Below, one piece after another: positions 12,618 through 13,084 of a stretch of DNA of 13,084 nucleotides (position 1 is the first letter of the stretch; each line of letters begins with the position of its first letter). A model generated the notes under the pieces. The model did not search any database. It was not told the origin of the DNA and saw nothing but the letters and a program-made list of their open reading frames with translations. This DNA is from an uncultured Saprospiraceae bacterium (lineage in GTDB: Bacteria > Bacteroidota > Bacteroidia > Chitinophagales > Saprospiraceae), in contig CALIAG010000387.1 of assembly GCA_938041325.1 (NCBI GenBank), positions 1-13,084 of the forward strand. The letters run 5' to 3'. Both the position numbers and the translations under genes were made by a program.

Positions 12618-12620
12618 TTG

Positions 12621-12703
12621 TGGAAGTAGTAGGACTTGAACCTACATGTCATTTCTGAACCTGATTTACAGTCAGGCGAGCCAGCCAATTGCTCAATACT
12701 TCC
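12621..12703 (-). tRNA. tRNA-Tyr (anticodon GTA), 83 nt, class II with a long variable arm
   Basis: Minus strand GGAAGTA-TT-GAGC-AATTGGCTG-GCTC-G-CCTGA-CTGTAAA-TCAGG-TTCAGAAATGACAT-GTAGG-TTCAAGT-CCTAC-TACTTCC-A. Confidence 0.9.
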
Positions 12704-12711
12704 ATAATTTT

Positions 12712-12787
12712 TGGAGACAAGGATGAGATTCGAACTCATAAAAAACGGATTTGCAGTCCGCTACCTTAACCATTCAGCCACCTTGTC
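12712..12787 (-). tRNA. tRNA-Cys (anticodon GCA) with an encoded CCA; the D-stem is imperfect
   Basis: Minus strand GACAAGG-TG-GCTG-AATGGTTA-AGGT-A-GCGGA-CTGCAAA-TCCGT-TTTTT-ATGAG-TTCGAAT-CTCAT-CCTTGTC-T-CCA. The anticodon arm is identical in pattern to E. coli tRNA-Cys. Confidence 0.8.
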
Positions 12788-12795
12788 CATTTTTG

Positions 12796-12882
12796 CGGAG
12801 GGCAAAGGAATTGAACCTTCACTACCTTATGGTAGACTCGCTTAGCAGGCGAGCGCAACAAACCAGTATTTGCCTACCCTCC
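12796..12882 (-). tRNA. tRNA-Ser (anticodon GCT), 87 nt, class II
   Basis: Minus strand GGAGGGT-AG-GCAA-ATACTGGTTTG-TTGC-G-CTCGC-CTGCTAA-GCGAG-TCTACCATAAGGTAGT-GAAGG-TTCAATT-CCTTT-GCCCTCC-G. The variable-arm hairpin is CTACC-ata-GGTAG. Confidence 0.9.
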
Positions 12883-13053
12883 AATTGCTTCAGCCGTGGG
12901 AGTCTCAATTTCCCAGACTGGCAGAGAACCTGCATGTGCGGTTATCCGCTAAAACCTTTATTCATATTTTAATTATTCGCCTGCCCGGCTCGGGCCAAGA
13001 GTGTGGCCAGCGCCCTTTGGCTTGCTCTTCCTTTTTTCAATAAATAATGCGCA

Positions 13054-13084
13054 TAAAAAAAGCATCTCGTTATCGGAGATGCTT
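13054..13084 (-). terminator. Strong Rho-independent terminator on the minus strand at the window edge (terminates a minus-strand gene lying beyond position 13084)
   Basis: aagcatctc-gttatcg-gagatgctt (9-bp stem) followed in the minus-strand direction by TTTTTTTAT. Confidence 0.7.

Noticed and set aside
11373-12972. ORFs overlapping tRNA genes (11373-11636 minus strand, 12751-12972 plus strand)
   Set aside because: They run through well-formed tRNA cloverleaves and are artefacts of the ORF caller.
1-13084. CRISPR arrays, rRNA genes, transposase/integrase genes
   Set aside because: No regularly spaced direct repeats with unique spacers, no rRNA-like conserved blocks, and no ORF with a recombinase or transposase signature were found. 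Mobility is suggested only by tRNA fragments, the att-like repeat and the MITE-like element.

Overview
This 13 kb window is AT-rich and looks like a Bacteroidetes/Flavobacteriia-type accessory region. It has three parts.

(1) Positions 1-4920 carry a 3' gene end, an ankyrin-repeat protein, an AraC-family regulator, a secreted PEBP (YbhB/YbcL) protein, a 3-TM membrane protein and a DUF2200 protein. Two copies of a ~143-bp structured repeat sit directly upstream of the ankyrin gene and the DUF2200 gene.

(2) Positions 5055-9422 are an NAD/ADP-ribose salvage operon: an NrtR-like Nudix-wHTH regulator, a NadV/Nampt-family nicotinamide phosphoribosyltransferase, a short Prs (PRPP-synthetase) homolog, a NADAR (YbiA-like) protein and a LOG-family protein. 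Bacteroidetes -7 promoter boxes and palindromic operator candidates are present. A convergent SPFH/band-7 gene on the minus strand (9458-10558) shares a terminator hairpin with the operon.

(3) Positions 10937-12882 are a dense minus-strand tRNA array of at least 12 tRNA genes: Ser, Cys, Tyr, Asp, Pro, Glu, Asn, a class-I Leu(TAG)-like, Gln, His, Phe and Arg. Spacers are mostly 1-11 nt. Several members are noncanonical. A 117-nt tRNA-like element has perfect tRNA ends but internal hairpins. The array is interspersed with tRNA fragments, a 17-bp att-like direct repeat, a ~150-bp MITE-like element with 19-bp terminal inverted repeats, and a third copy of the repeat-family palindrome. A strong minus-strand terminator lies at the window end.

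No CRISPR array and no rRNA were seen.
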